Shown here: piece by piece, positions 1 to 12,448 of the stretch
Layout of the letters: every line of letters begins with the position of its first letter
How positions within the stretch are numbered: the first letter of the stretch is position 1
Assembly (NCBI GenBank): GCA_000091205.1
Contig: AP006499.2
Length of the DNA: 64,000 bases
Strand: one strand, 5' to 3'
From: Cyanidioschyzon merolae
Taxonomy: Eukaryota
Notes under the pieces: generated by a model
Seen by the model: only the letters and a program-made list of their open reading frames with translations
Told to the model about the DNA's origin: nothing
The model's database searches: none
Position numbers and translations under genes: made by a program

Positions 1-18
1 TCCGCGAGCGATTCCGCT

Positions 19-2769
19 GTGCGAACCGCAACGCTCACACTCGTCGACCTGGCCGGATCAGAGCGCCAGAAGGACGCCAAGTCCGAAGGTTTACGTTTGA
101 AGGAGGGTGGCTACATCAACAAATCCTTGTTGACATTGGGCACTGTCATTCACAAGCTCTCGGAGGGAGGCAGTGCCCATGTACCTTATCGCGATTCGAA
201 ACTCACGCGAATGCTGCAGAGCTCCCTCGGTGGCAACTCTCGAACCGCGGTTATCTGCGCAATTACGCCGGCTGCAGCGCACGCTGAGGAGACGCTGTCG
301 ACCCTCAAATTCGCAACACGAGCCAAGAGTGTGCAAAACCGTGCCCAGCAGAACGAGGTGCTCGATGATCGAGCCCTGTTGAAACGTTACCAACAGGAGA
401 TCGCCAGTCTGCGTGCACAGCTAGCGAAACTGCAACAGGGAGATCTAAGCAAACAAGGATGCCCAAACGACTTTGTTCGTGCTCTTGAGCAGAACGCTGC
501 AGAAGCGGAACGCGAGCGTGAGCGTATCCGTTCTCAGCTAGAGGAAGCGGAGAACAGGCGTCGCCTCTACGAGGAGAAACTGGAGCGCTTGACGCGTTTG
601 ATATTGAACTCGCCAGCTCCTGCGCCGAAGGTGCGGTCGCGGGTCTCCGTGTCGACGGCGTCCTTGTCGAGTCCTCACTCGGACACGAACGAAAACAAGG
701 ACGTGGCTTCGCCCGGCGCGTTTGCTTACGAGCCTCGAACACCGCCAGCTGCTGAACCACAGCTTGATCAGCGCTTGACGAGAACGTTTCGAACGCTGCG
801 ACGGCGGACGCTTGGTGGTAGCGTCGATGGCATTGGGAGCGATGCCCAAGGCTTACTTAACTCGCCCGAGAATCATATCGTGGAGCAGGTTCGAACACTT
901 CAGCGACGAGTTGAGGCACTAGATGTGGCCCGATGGCGCGAACAGTCAGCCTCATTGAAGGCAGTCTCCTACGAACGTGAGCGTGCTGCGCAGCTGCAAC
1001 AACGTCTGCGTTCGCTCGAGTCGCAGATGCTTCGCCACACCTGCGCCGAAGTTGCCAACGAAGCGCTGCACAAAGCTGCGCTCGCAGCTGTCGATGTGCG
1101 GCTTGCTCAGATCCAGCAGTTGATGCAAAGCGAGCGGAATCGAATGCAACAGCTGCATTGTGAACTTGAACACGTTCGACAAGTCTGCGCAACCAAGCAA
1201 TCCCGACTCGAGATACTCGAACGAGAACTCGGTGAAGCGCGCAGAGAAATCGACGAACTACGCCAGCGTGAAAGAGCTGGATTTACTCAAACGCAAGCGA
1301 AGACTTTTGATCATCTACGCAATCGCGTTGCCGATCTCGAAGCGAAACTTCGTTCGCAACTCGCACTACGGCAACAAGTGGAGGCCTCGCGAGGCGGAGT
1401 CGAACGTGAACTGCGCAAATTGGAGCGCCAGAATCGAGCACTGGAAAAGGAGCTCGCCAAGCTCCGCGAACAGCGCGAACGAATCGAGCAGGCGAAGCTC
1501 ACGGTAGCGCAAGCGGAACAACTTCGCAATGCGTCAGAACAAGCGCAACGCCAAGTGCAAGCTGAGCGGGATGCGCTGCAGCGCCAGTTGAACGAACTCG
1601 AAAACGCCCACACACGCCTTCTCGCTGAGCGTGATACCTTGCTGGAGTACCGGGAGCGGCACCAGCAGGCCCTCGAGCAGCTGGAATGCGCCCAGCAGCG
1701 GATCGCGGATCTCGAAGCGCGATCTGTGCGCTCCGCTGACTGGGAAGCGCGCTGCGAATCGCTCTCCGGGCAACTCGAGGATGCCAGGCAGCGTATTGCT
1801 GCTTTGGAATCGCAGATCGAAACCAATGCCCAGGAATTGGCTTCATTACTGGACCAGGCAACAGATGCTCATCTGCAGCTAGAGGCGGTGCGATCCCAGG
1901 CTCGCGCTAGTGAGCGTTTGCAGGAACAGGTGACGGCGCAGGTGCGTGCAGAGCTGAACGCCCTGGCGGCCAGTCATGAAAAAGAGAGCGCCGAGTGGAA
2001 ACGCATGCGACTGGACACCGAGACGGAACGAGATGCGCTTCGTTCCCAGCTCGCTGACCATAAGCGTTCGCTCGAGGAGCTGCGTCTTGAATGCGCTAAG
2101 CTCGAGTCACGGGCAGCGAAGCTTCTCCAGGAAACCGCGAAGCATATCGAAGAGAAGCATCGTCTCCTCGAGACTGTGCATGCGCGCGATCGACGCATTA
2201 CCGACCTTGAAAGTCGCCTCCGCGAGTGTGTCGAAGGAGGTGGTCGCTATGCGCGTCTCTGTCGACTTGTTGAAAAGCGCGAAGCAGAGCTGACTCGCGC
2301 CCGCGAAACTCTGCGGCTGCTGGAGGAGCGTCTTGTCGCCGAAGGGCGCTCTGCAGAGTTCTGTGACCTCCATGCGAGTGCGCAGCATGAGGCCGAGCGC
2401 TTGAGCTTTGAGAAGGAGCTTGCTCGCTCCAAAGAAAAAAGCGACAAGATGCAGCAAGAACGACAACAGCTGTTACTCGAGAACAGCAAATTGCGTGACG
2501 TAGTCAAGCACAAGGACCGACAGCTTCTGAGTCTGCAGGCTAAGCTGAAGCACGCCGAGGCAACCATCTTGTCGCAGCGCGGCAATGCGAGTCTTCCTGA
2601 ACAGGGCACCGTCTCAGACATTTCCATGGGGGCAGGTGCCGCTCCTGCATGTGTAACTCAAAGTGCTCCTGGCGCTCAAGATTCCAATAACAAGGAGAAT
2701 TTGGGATGCGAACAGGATTCGGAACGTGCTGCTGCTCAGCTGTTCGGATCGCTCGACGACAACAAGTAG
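19..2769 (+). CDS. Kinesin-like protein, 5'-truncated by the window edge: C-terminal part of the motor domain followed by a ~700-aa coiled-coil stalk
   Basis: Translation starts with kinesin switch-II/neck motifs 'LAGSERQ...', 'HVPYRDSKLTRMLQSSLGGNS', 'TLSTLKFATRAK'. The remainder is heptad-rich (E/L/R/Q), typical of a kinesin stalk such as a CENP-E-like kinesin. The ORF runs to the window edge, so the N-terminus is missing. Confidence 0.85.
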   Translation: MRTATLTLVDLAGSERQKDAKSEGLRLKEGGYINKSLLTLGTVIHKLSEGGSAHVPYRDSKLTRMLQSSLGGNSRTAVICAITPAAAHAEETLSTLKFATRAKSVQNRAQQNEVLDDRALLKRYQQEIASLRAQLAKLQQGDLSKQGCPNDFVRALEQNAAEAERERERIRSQLEEAENRRRLYEEKLERLTRLILNSPAPAPKVRSRVSVSTASLSSPHSDTNENKDVASPGAFAYEPRTPPAAEPQLDQRLTRTFRTLRRRTLGGSVDGIGSDAQGLLNSPENHIVEQVRTLQRRVEALDVARWREQSASLKAVSYERERAAQLQQRLRSLESQMLRHTCAEVANEALHKAALAAVDVRLAQIQQLMQSERNRMQQLHCELEHVRQVCATKQSRLEILERELGEARREIDELRQRERAGFTQTQAKTFDHLRNRVADLEAKLRSQLALRQQVEASRGGVERELRKLERQNRALEKELAKLREQRERIEQAKLTVAQAEQLRNASEQAQRQVQAERDALQRQLNELENAHTRLLAERDTLLEYRERHQQALEQLECAQQRIADLEARSVRSADWEARCESLSGQLEDARQRIAALESQIETNAQELASLLDQATDAHLQLEAVRSQARASERLQEQVTAQVRAELNALAASHEKESAEWKRMRLDTETERDALRSQLADHKRSLEELRLECAKLESRAAKLLQETAKHIEEKHRLLETVHARDRRITDLESRLRECVEGGGRYARLCRLVEKREAELTRARETLRLLEERLVAEGRSAEFCDLHASAQHEAERLSFEKELARSKEKSDKMQQERQQLLLENSKLRDVVKHKDRQLLSLQAKLKHAEATILSQRGNASLPEQGTVSDISMGAGAAPACVTQSAPGAQDSNNKENLGCEQDSERAAAQLFGSLDDNK

Positions 2770-5700
2770 TCGCACAGGGCGATGCGAATGACGTTATCAG
2801 TTTTGACCTATATTCTCTATTCCATCGCTGAAAGCTATAAGAGATGTGTTCAGCAGAGGCGAGTCTACCTTCGACCTGGTCTCATTGAAAAGGCTGCGCT
2901 AGACGCTGTCACGTCGAATTGCTGGACACCTGCATCGTGTAGACATCGCCCAGCAAACTCATTCCCAGCGCATATAAACATATTTATGTATACGGCGTTC
3001 CGGCTTTGCTGACCTGTTCATCGTTCCACACCAGTGTCGTGCTCCAGCCAAGAATCCCATGCCGCCTGTGATGCCCGCTGATTGCTTCATCGCATTTCTT
3101 CACCCTGTTCGCACAACGCTGACGCCGAGTCGCCAAAGGACACTTCACTTGGACGCTTGCCTGGGCACGTAGCCGCTGGTCGTTCCGGAAGTCTGAGCCA
3201 TCTCCGGACGCTGATCCAAGTTTTGCAGTCTCAATGCGGAAAGTGTCTGCACGCGTGTTTGCTGGTGGCATCAAACCACAGAAAGCCTCGCGCCTGCGAT
3301 GGCCTCAGGATCTACGGTTGGTCAGCTCTTCGGAAAGCTTTTTGTGTGTCCGTCTTTAGTTCACGCTTGTCTTCGCTGCCTGGTTCACCGAGGAACGTTC
3401 TCTTGTTGCGTATGCGTTGAACTGGAGTCTTGGATGGGCTTGGTACAGCATGGATTCCTGCACGCGTTCAATGCTCTAGTCGGATGAGCAGGTGCGCAGC
3501 TTTTTCGCGCTACAGCTCGTATGGCGCCTTGGGCCTCCACCATCAAACGGAGCAAATCGTTGGTCATTGCCTTGTCAAACTCATTGAACTATTCCGCGAA
3601 TGCATGCTTCGTGCCGCCTCACAAGGGGAAGCGCTGCCGACCCCAGCGGGGTCTCTGGTATCCCTGCCAAGGAGCGTCCGCGTGAGCCGTTTGGACGCTC
3701 AGGTACGCAGTGCATGAAGCGTCCAAAGCGTCCTCCTCCACGTCAGCTGAGTACGGTACTCGGAGTGGCGAGGCGCCCGTCGCGACACCGTCGTTGCGCT
3801 CGTGCGTTTACCTCCTGGCGTCTATGATGTCTGACGCTCGTCAACATCGAGCAGCAGAAGACTTGAACAGCTTCATCTGCATGCATATTAGGTATAGGGC
3901 TCCGTCCTGTTGATATACATGCACGATGACGGCAGTGATGTGCTTCAAGCTGGATTCACGCTCACAACAAAGTCTGTTTCTTCTCCTACCTTGAATGGTT
4001 GGGAATTCGTCTCGTTACGCAGCTTGGATCCGGGTTCCACAAAGTACATGCAGATTGGTATGGCGTCGGTCTGCATCGCTCCGGTGAACTTTTTTTCAGC
4101 TGCTCCCTGTCATGGAGACAACGTAGGATGAGCTCGCCCGATGCTCTTCGCGAATCGGTTCGAGGGTTTCACAGCTGGTCGCCCCAGACCAGGTTCTTCT
4201 GCAATGCGTAACGTACGAGGCCGAGTTGCATCCATGTGACCGCCATATTCTACATCCGTTTTTTGACGTCGGGATTCAGACGCACTGGGTGGACGGTCAG
4301 ACTACAGCTCGCCATTTCGATGTATCCGTCAATAGTTCCTGGGGTGCCTGTTTGTCGCCATGTCCGTCGCGAGGACGCCGACGGCGTGAAGCGTGCCTCA
4401 CCGCTCCCTCCTGCGCATGAGCCGAGAAGCAACGCAGCAGTTCAGATCTGGAAAAGGTAGCAGAGAGCGTCTTGTCGAAGAACATCGCTAGTACGGATGC
4501 AAACGACGTGTCTGTTGATCCGAGAGTGTAGAAACCGCGATTTTCCGCAGAGAACACGCTTCGGCCTGGATTAAATCGGAGACAATGGACAGCCGTGGAG
4601 AGCTGCTTACGCCTCGACGGATGTCCACTGATGGAAAGCGCCGTTACCTAGCACCAGGACATGAACCTGTGCAGGACAAGCCATAGAGTGCTTCGACGAT
4701 GCATGGGGTGCTGAACAATCCTGTCCGTCTGGTGCATTGTGGGTGGACATTTTATTCAATTGCCACCAGGGTTGACGTGGTCGTCATTCGCGAATGACGC
4801 TTTTTTACATACATCGGTTTGCCCGTCTTTGAGCCCAATGTAAAAACGCCCACCATTTCTCCTGAATCAAATCTCATCGAGGGAGGCGATCACCCGTCGG
4901 GCCGGTTATACGTATTCGCGTTTCACTAGGAAATCGGTAGCGTGTTGTGAAACGCGCGATGGTCACTTTTAGAAGCGTGCTCGCTCTTCTTTGTCCATCC
5001 GTATCTCTCGAACGCCGTTCGTAGCACGGGTACGGAATCTTCACACCCTGCGGCTCCCTTGATCATGTTTCGTTGAGAACATATCGGTGAAATGGAATGC
5101 TTGGGAGACAGTTGTGTGAACAGAGTTTGATATGCTTTGTTCTGGGTGCATCTGGTTCAGGATAAGGACGAGGTGGCGTCCTGACCTGTGCATTTGCTGA
5201 CCGTACAGTAACTGACGCGCACGTGCAATGCCGTATTCAGCGCGTCACCTGTGACGGTATCGAGTCTCCTCATGACCTTTTTCTAACCTTCGGAGCACAT
5301 TCCATTTGCTGAATACCTACGAGAACAGAAACATATCAAAAACAGGTGCGCCTACTCAGGTACTCCGTAATGCATTGCCCTGAACTAACCCAAGCATGTC
5401 CAATGCAGAACATGCGACAGCGACAAGTACCATGGCCTCTGCTGCGAGCAAGCAGGTGCGCGAGATTCGATCCAGTGTTTACCGCCCGTCTAGGCGAGGT
5501 CCCGGTTGCAGTGGTACGCTTGTCGACTCTGTGGATCGCTCTGCGAAGCGAGGAGTGTGGCGAGCCACCAAGCGTCTCGCGCTTGCTGGTCGTCCAGGTT
5601 GCGCACGGTGCTGCTCACGACCGGTCGACCCGCGCTGAGGTCGGTTGGTACGCGCGACGACGACGACGACGACGACGTGCGGTGGCGAAGCATTGCCTTG

Positions 5701-7099
5701 CGTCCGGGACACCTGTGGCGTCCCCGATACGCTCGAGTGCCTGATCAAACCGGTGACGTCGGTATGCTGTTGGTGGCGGCGTGGAAAGCGCGTCTGTTGG
5801 ACTGACGAGTGTCTCGCGTTCGTTAGAATAGAGGTGTCGCTGCAGAGCGGTTGCGGACGGGGTTTCTTAAACGCCGCGTTCCGTCTCGTTCCGAGGCTGT
5901 CGCCACCGCTACCTGATGCACGAAAGACGCGCGTTTGGCAAAAACAGACGTTCAGAGTCTCTCGTGCTAGCCGCTACACCATGGGTCCTTTATAATTGTG
6001 TGAATCCATGCACGATTTAAGGACCCATCGGGAATCGAACCCGAGTCTAGAGATCTCTCGCTGCACAGGAAAAACACGTCTGGAATTGATATATAAAGCG
6101 TTGTACATCAGGGCAACGGCGAGGCAAATACGCGCTGTGGTGCTGGGCGCTGCTGCTCGAACGCATACCAGGTGTCGTGTCCGTTTAGTACAGTTTCGCG
6201 CCTGCCCCCGCGAGCGATTGCCCTGCCGCTCGCAATGTAACGTTTCGAGTCCGTAGCTGGGCACAGCGCGCACAGGGAGCTCTGCTGGTGCTGTCGGCTC
6301 ATGCAGCACCAGCGAAAGCAACGACAGTAGCACCGAGGACATGACTGAACGAGGGCGTGGTCGAGGGCGCATCCGCGTTCCCAATGCGGGATCCGTACGA
6401 CGTTCACTTGTACCTGTGTGCGCTGACGGCTGCTGTGGTACCGCTGGCGGGTACACCACTGAATAAGCTCTGGTGTGCAGCCTCGGTATTACGGGGGTTT
6501 AAGAAATGTGCTATTTTTGGTGCAAGCTTTAGACACAGAAGGCACTCGAAAATAAACGGGCTGGGCGAACAATCCGTGCTTTCGGTGTCCTGCGTCGTTC
6601 AGGCTGTGTCTGATCCACCGTGAGGTGCCCTAGACCAGAACGCACGCTTCGCTGCTCTCTCTACACCTGCTTGGTCTTTCGTCGAGCGTCGACCAGACCC
6701 AGCGCTGCGAGTGCGACTTGCATTCGACACGGTATCGCGAGCGAGTGCAGGACACAGATGCGGCACGCCGTACCAGGCGATGGCGGCTGGCAGGGCTCCA
6801 GCACCTCAAGGTGCACTCTCTCTAACTACGCGCCACCTGTTGAAGCGAACCCCGGACGATAATACGCGTAGGCAGCGTGGTCGTCACTGTGGATTCGTCG
6901 CAACCAGGTAGCGTTGGCGATGTATGCCCAGGACGCACGTCAGGTCCCAATGTTGCTCGTCATTCCGTTTAGAGAGCCTATACGCCTGCGCCCTAGTCGG
7001 CGGACTTGACGAGCGCCCCAAAACCCTAGCTGTGTGACGGCGATATCCAGTTAGGTGCCTCTGCGACGCGGGACAGAGGCAATCTCCGAATAAAGCTGC

Positions 7100-8932
7100 C
7101 TAGAATTTGGAGATATCTCTTCCGAGCACTCGAGTTTTCACAAAGTCTATCATCACTAGGAACCGCGATCGCCAGCTAAACAAATGCAATAGCGAGTAGC
7201 CATACCAAAGCCAGAACGCAACATTGCCATACAGCGGGTCCATAAAGGGAAATTGCAAGACCGAGACACTATTCCCAAGATAGGCGGCAGCTCCTAGGTT
7301 TCTCCACTCAAAAGGTGGATACAGGCCCGCTTCTAATTCATCAAAACCTGCCGGCCAACACCGAAATCGCTCATTCAAGAGTCGACCGAGGTAGCGACCC
7401 TGTTGGAAGGCAACTTGCGCGGTCGGTGGCAGTGCGGTGCTGTGTTCGTCGACCTTGACAAGCCACTTCTGGAACTGTTCCCGATTAATTGAGGACTGCC
7501 CTTCGTGGAAATCCGGCTCAATCATCGAAACAAATTCTGCAAGCTGTGGATACTCATCACGAACGATGCGAATAAAACGTAAAAACTCGTAGACATGAAT
7601 CCTCCCGTCGCCATCAATGTCAGCCAATTGAAAGAGCTTGTCCAGGTGGCTCTGCGTCGCAGCGCTCTGCAGGGTACTACAATCTCCGGCAGCGTAGAGT
7701 GCTCGATGCGGATCGCCAACCACTCCGAGGTGGTGGTTCACGACCAGCGCATAGCGATTCGACTGAGCCTGCGCTCCGAGACGTTCCGCTACACGTCGAA
7801 TGAGCGGATGCATCGCGAGACCCGCCGTCCAGATACAGACCCCGAACGCGAGCGTCTGTGCTTCCTGGGAAAACTTGTCCATCACCGTGAGCGCATCCGA
7901 GGTAACCTCAACTACTCGATGATTCAGCAGGAGCTGAATCCCATCGCGTCGAAACTTTTCAGTGGCGTATTCTGCGATTCGCTTCTCGAAGCCGTTCAGA
8001 ACCGTAGCACCGGACTGCACGATCGTTACGCAAACATCATCGAGGAGCGAGCGAGGGAAGAGCCTACGAGCGTCCTCGTGGAGAAAATCGTGCAACTCGG
8101 CTGCGATTTCACAACCCGATGGACCAGCTCCTACAACAACGAACTGAAGGAGGCGGTGCCGCTCTTCGGCGCTCGTGGACGGTTCGGCGGCTCCTTCGAG
8201 TGCGTCATTCAATGCGCTTCGTATGGCACGAGCATCCTCCGCGCTGCGAAGTGCGTGACAACAGCTGCGTACGGCGGGAAACCCACCGTCATTGGTGCCG
8301 GACCCCACAGCTAGCACTGCAACGTCGTACGGGACGGAAAAGCGCGCCCCGCCGTGCACCGCACTGCAGTGGACCTGTTTGGTGAGAGGGTCCACATCCT
8401 CGACGCGTGCATTGATGAAGGACCACTCGGTTGCGGGCACAGCTTGGCCGCTTTCCGTGAGCAGTTGCGGCCAGTGCCACCACCGCCGCTGGAGACGTGC
8501 CAGCAACTCCCGGGCCGGGACAACGATAGAGCGCAGCTCGACCGATCCAACACTCGCCGAGGGTAGCAGCGGCGTGTACACAAAGTGGTTCCGGTCCGAA
8601 ATCAATACGACATCGCAGAGGCGCGGATCTAGCGAGCGCAGCAACGCGTGGCTCGCCCAGCCGGTCCCGCACACGACCAGCCGAGGTCGGGCGCTGGGAC
8701 GCAACGACGGCGGCCCCGCAGGTTGCGGCGGGTTCAACACCTGAACCGACCGATACCCGAGCCACAGCGCCGTGCCAGCCCCAATGGTGTAGAGGCCTAG
8801 CCGCACGGCGTGCAGCATCCTCGTGAAACGCACCAAACGGGGTGTATTGGCGAGCGTTGCAGCAGCGCGATGAGACGGATGCATATTCGAAGGCCTTTTC
8901 GTGGCGTTCGCGTACCGGCAACGTCGCTGCAA
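7100..8932 (-). CDS. Type II NAD(P)H dehydrogenase (alternative NADH:ubiquinone oxidoreductase, NDB-type) with an EF-hand Ca-binding insert
   Basis: Dinucleotide-binding motif 'RLVVCGTGWAS', a second Rossmann motif 'VVVGAGPSGCEIAAEL', and an EF-hand loop 'DIDGDGRIHVYEF' place it in the external NDH-2 class. An N-terminal hydrophobic segment is present. The exact start Met is uncertain. Confidence 0.8.
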   Translation of the reverse strand: MQRRCRYANATKRPSNMHPSHRAAATLANTPRLVRFTRMLHAVRLGLYTIGAGTALWLGYRSVQVLNPPQPAGPPSLRPSARPRLVVCGTGWASHALLRSLDPRLCDVVLISDRNHFVYTPLLPSASVGSVELRSIVVPARELLARLQRRWWHWPQLLTESGQAVPATEWSFINARVEDVDPLTKQVHCSAVHGGARFSVPYDVAVLAVGSGTNDGGFPAVRSCCHALRSAEDARAIRSALNDALEGAAEPSTSAEERHRLLQFVVVGAGPSGCEIAAELHDFLHEDARRLFPRSLLDDVCVTIVQSGATVLNGFEKRIAEYATEKFRRDGIQLLLNHRVVEVTSDALTVMDKFSQEAQTLAFGVCIWTAGLAMHPLIRRVAERLGAQAQSNRYALVVNHHLGVVGDPHRALYAAGDCSTLQSAATQSHLDKLFQLADIDGDGRIHVYEFLRFIRIVRDEYPQLAEFVSMIEPDFHEGQSSINREQFQKWLVKVDEHSTALPPTAQVAFQQGRYLGRLLNERFRCWPAGFDELEAGLYPPFEWRNLGAAAYLGNSVSVLQFPFMDPLYGNVAFWLWYGYSLLHLFSWRSRFLVMIDFVKTRVLGRDISKF

Positions 8933-11079
8933 CGATGTCTATAAACATACTATCATATACAGGTTTCCAGTGGTGTGAGCTTTCTGGCGCGCGACACGCA
9001 GGCGCGTGCCCCATGCCACCCCGGGGCACCGCGGGTAGCAATGCCCCTCAGGGTGCGGTGCGCCCGGAAGTTCTGTTCCGGTTTCTTTCATGATTCCGGA
9101 TTGACACAGCCGAAAAGACTGTACTGGATGCGTGATTGTTCCTTGAAAACAGGGAAACGCCTCCGGTCCCCGCGCAGAGGCTTTCACGGTCCATTAGCAC
9201 CAGGTCAGCGCATCATTCAGGAACTCGGGATGGAGGCGGCCCTGCTTGATTGCCCAGGGAACTGATTTCGTGAAGCTGGTCTCGATATATCACGCGGCTC
9301 TGGCTCAAGACTGAGGTTGTTCTCAGAACCGGGCTTTATATCTCGCCTCAATACGAACACGTGAATCGTTGGACGGAAGGGTTTCGAATACGCGCTGCGA
9401 AAAGGCATCCTGCGCGGCTGTTACCATACTCATGCACCAAGGCAGCCGCATACGCAACCTGTAGGTAGGTGCGTATTCCGCGCACGCTACTGGACGACGG
9501 TACGAGGCCAAGGACTGTAAGCTGCTGGGGCGCGCGCGCGCGCCTACGCGAATGAGAAGACGACGTCGAGGGGAGACGGCTCTGCGCGATGAGCGACCCA
9601 TGACCGAGGCCCTTGGCATATTTCGCACCAAAACTGAGACAACAGCGCCTGCCGGATACGCCTGCCTTGGTTCCGTATCAGATAAAAATTGAAAACGGAA
9701 TTGATCGTTTCATTCCTGTAAATCGATTCTATGTACCGAAAATGTTTAGTTCGACAACGTCCACATTCGAACTGCAGCGATTCAGGCTTACGGCATCATG
9801 CGTAGTATAGGGATTCGCGGTCGTCGAATTTGGGGTGGCTCCTCCGACTTTTTGCCGCTGGGATTCGTTTCGGTACCGGAATCAAGATGAATCGCAACGC
9901 ACGTCAACTATGCTTCGTAGAATGGCGGGTATCATGATCCAATTCATATGAATAAGCACCCAGGCTTCAGCTCTCCTTACGCGCAGCGGGCTCAACGCTC
10001 GTGTGCTTCGAGGCAGCCATCTTTCTCTTCCAGGGCAGCGTGTGTAGGCTCAGCGATTCGCGCTGCTAGATTGACGATAAAACGCAGTCTACGTCGTCAA
10101 TCTAGGACTTGTTTTCTGGTATGGATTTTTCTTCCTATACTAGTGTCATCATGAACAACATCACGCGCCACAGATCCTCTGTCGAATGGAACGGTGAGCG
10201 CCTGCTCGTGCAGCCAACAGCGTACCCCCCGATGGAATCGACCGGAACGAGCTCGTGATTGCAGGGCACGGCACTGGGCGCAGAAACCGAGCATGGCATC
10301 TATCAAAGCCTCATCTACCCGCCAAAAAAACATGTACCAAGCGATGAAGCAAGCTTTCTGGCGCCACATGGCGGAACGCATAAGATGGTTGTGGTTGACC
10401 TGCGGGAATCCTTGACCAAAACCGAGTGTCACAAAATGCGCATGGCGCACCCCGGGCAATACGCACAGGACATGCAAATGGCAAGCGAATCGCAACCACC
10501 GCCTGTGCATCAAATTCGTCCACAAGCTGCTAGAAGCGACGAAATCCGCACCCTCTACGCTGCTAGCAACATTCTTCGACTGTTGACAATGGAGCTTCAA
10601 GGAACAGGCAGTCTGGTTCATCGCAAGCCGAAAACAGAAGAGAGGAAAAGTATTCAGTCTCAGAAAAATTCCGCAAAAGACTGATGTTGATGGTAGCGGA
10701 AAACACCCAAACTGTAGTGTGGGTGTGTGGACGCCCCAGTTCGCATCGAAGATGCGTTCCATCGCTTCCCCACCACGGGGGGGCACGGAGCGCGCGCCCT
10801 TGCACCCGATCGCGACACGCTGAGGGCACGTTCAGGTCGAGACTGGATGACCTCTCGTGTCTCATTTTACGTGTGCAACGTCGAGGCTCGCGATCGCAAC
10901 AGTCACCATCAACGCCGCAGCGCTGCGCACGGATGAGAGGCGGCGCTCCCTCGCATTGTGCATCATTTTGCCAGCGCTGGCGTCTGTATGGTGGACGCTT
11001 ACGCTCTGGAATAGAACTCACGAGTACCTCTAACGGACCCAGGAGCTGGTGCGCCCGTCCAGAACTGTTCGACAGGTGA

Positions 11080-11976
11080 GTGGAACGAGTCCCTGGACGA
11101 GGGAGCAGCAGCCTTCTTGTGCTTATGACTGATGTATCCGTACGATTTGAGCTGAGCGGCCTGGAGCCTCTGTTCGGTGTGGAGCCCTGCATCTGTGGCT
11201 CCACCCCGGAACTCGGCGAGTACGACCCACTTTTCGCAACATCCATGACTTACGACGAGTCCAGAAACGTGTTCGTCGCTTGGGTCTGCTTTCTTGAAGA
11301 GGACTATCCGGTCCGGTATCGGTACTTTTTACGAAAGCAAGTCTGGCAGCGAGCGAACGTTTGGCAGGTTCAATGGGAAGGCGATCTCGAGCCGCCATAC
11401 CAACAACATGACGATGAGGGCAACCTTGTCGAGGATGCAAACGGAGGGGCTGCGTCCGCGGGGGCGCAGTCGCCAGAGCGCAGCGGTTGGGCGCGTCGAA
11501 TCCTTCCTGTGCCTGTTAGTCCTGTGACAACAAAGGCCGCTGTGTCTCCTCTACCGGAGCGCTGGAAACAACAACTCGAAGAAGGCGCACGCGTCTTAAC
11601 GCTGCCTCAGGCTAAGAAACCCTTTGTCCAGCGCGACGAGTGGAAACCCGCTATGAATGATACGTGGATAGAACTGCCACGCGGGGTTGCGCTTCCAAAG
11701 CGACTGCGAGCACGAATAAGTGAACGCGAGCGCATTCGTCGTAAAAGAGCGAACGGCTTGAGTTCCGAGGCGCTACTTGCTGCGGGCCAACGAGAGGCTG
11801 AACAGCATCGCATTCGACAGTTGCGTCTCGCCGGGAACGAAGACGAGGCGCAGCTCGCTGATGTTCTAGAGGCTCGTCAGCGGGAACTAGAACTTGAGAA
11901 AAAAGGAACCTCTCAGGCGAACGTCGCCTCTAAGCGGAAACGAAAGACGGCGGCGCATTCGTGTCGTACGCAGTAG
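11080..11976 (+). CDS. Hypothetical protein with a CBM20-like (starch-binding) N-terminal domain and a basic/coiled C-terminus
   Basis: 'VSVRFELSG...GSTPELGEYDP...YRYFL' resembles the CBM20 signature (GSxPELGxW ... YKY). The C-terminus is K/R/E-rich. This is a weak motif-level call. Confidence 0.4.
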   Translation: MERVPGRGSSSLLVLMTDVSVRFELSGLEPLFGVEPCICGSTPELGEYDPLFATSMTYDESRNVFVAWVCFLEEDYPVRYRYFLRKQVWQRANVWQVQWEGDLEPPYQQHDDEGNLVEDANGGAASAGAQSPERSGWARRILPVPVSPVTTKAAVSPLPERWKQQLEEGARVLTLPQAKKPFVQRDEWKPAMNDTWIELPRGVALPKRLRARISERERIRRKRANGLSSEALLAAGQREAEQHRIRQLRLAGNEDEAQLADVLEARQRELELEKKGTSQANVASKRKRKTAAHSCRTQ

Positions 11977-12448
11977 ACAGAGCCGAGCGGCGTGCCATCA
12001 TCCAGCTACGATCCTGCTACCGCCACTCCGTCTGACTACGAGACATTTTGGGTTTCTGGTCATACTTCTGAACAGTAGACAATGTTGAGCCACTGGCCGT
12101 TAGAGCCGCAAGGCAGGAACAGTCTTTCAAAGGCCGCGATTTTTTCATGTTGCAGCGTCGGCCTGTCTTCTGGAAATCAAACGGCCAAGTGTTACGTCTG
12201 CCTGCGGCTCGCTCGGCGAACGTCTCCGCCGCGCATGATGCCCATGCGGTAGCGCCGTGGGCACGGCACGACCGGGGACTGGACGGGGTTAAGGTGCTGG
12301 CACACAAGTCGCAGCTGCAGTGTCGCTGAACACGTTCCCAGCGGCTGACCGGGTGTGCCTAGATCATGGTCACACGCCATCACACACACCGACCGGACAT
12401 GGTATTGCTGTGTTTTCATTATCGGCAGCGGCCATGTTGCTGCGTACT

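Noticed and set aside
1311-2627. Many 100-170-aa ORFs overlapping long genes on the opposite strand or other frames (e.g. 1311..1826 -, 23875..24429 -, 8289..9041 -)
   Set aside because: High GC content suppresses stop codons in alternative frames. These ORFs are R/S/A/P-rich, lack motifs, and overlap clearly supported genes.
5990-6060. Possible tRNA gene on the minus strand (T-arm 'tcgggTTCGATTcccga' plus 'tgggtcc')
   Set aside because: There is no complementary 5' acceptor strand (expected ggRYYYR) and no D-arm or anticodon arm upstream. It is treated as a tRNA-like fragment only. See the finding on 2770-7099.
9530-9548. (GC)n alternating run 'gcgcgcgcgcgcgcgcc' as a possible Z-DNA or regulatory element
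   Set aside because: Only about 9 dinucleotides long in a GC-rich genome, with no supporting context.
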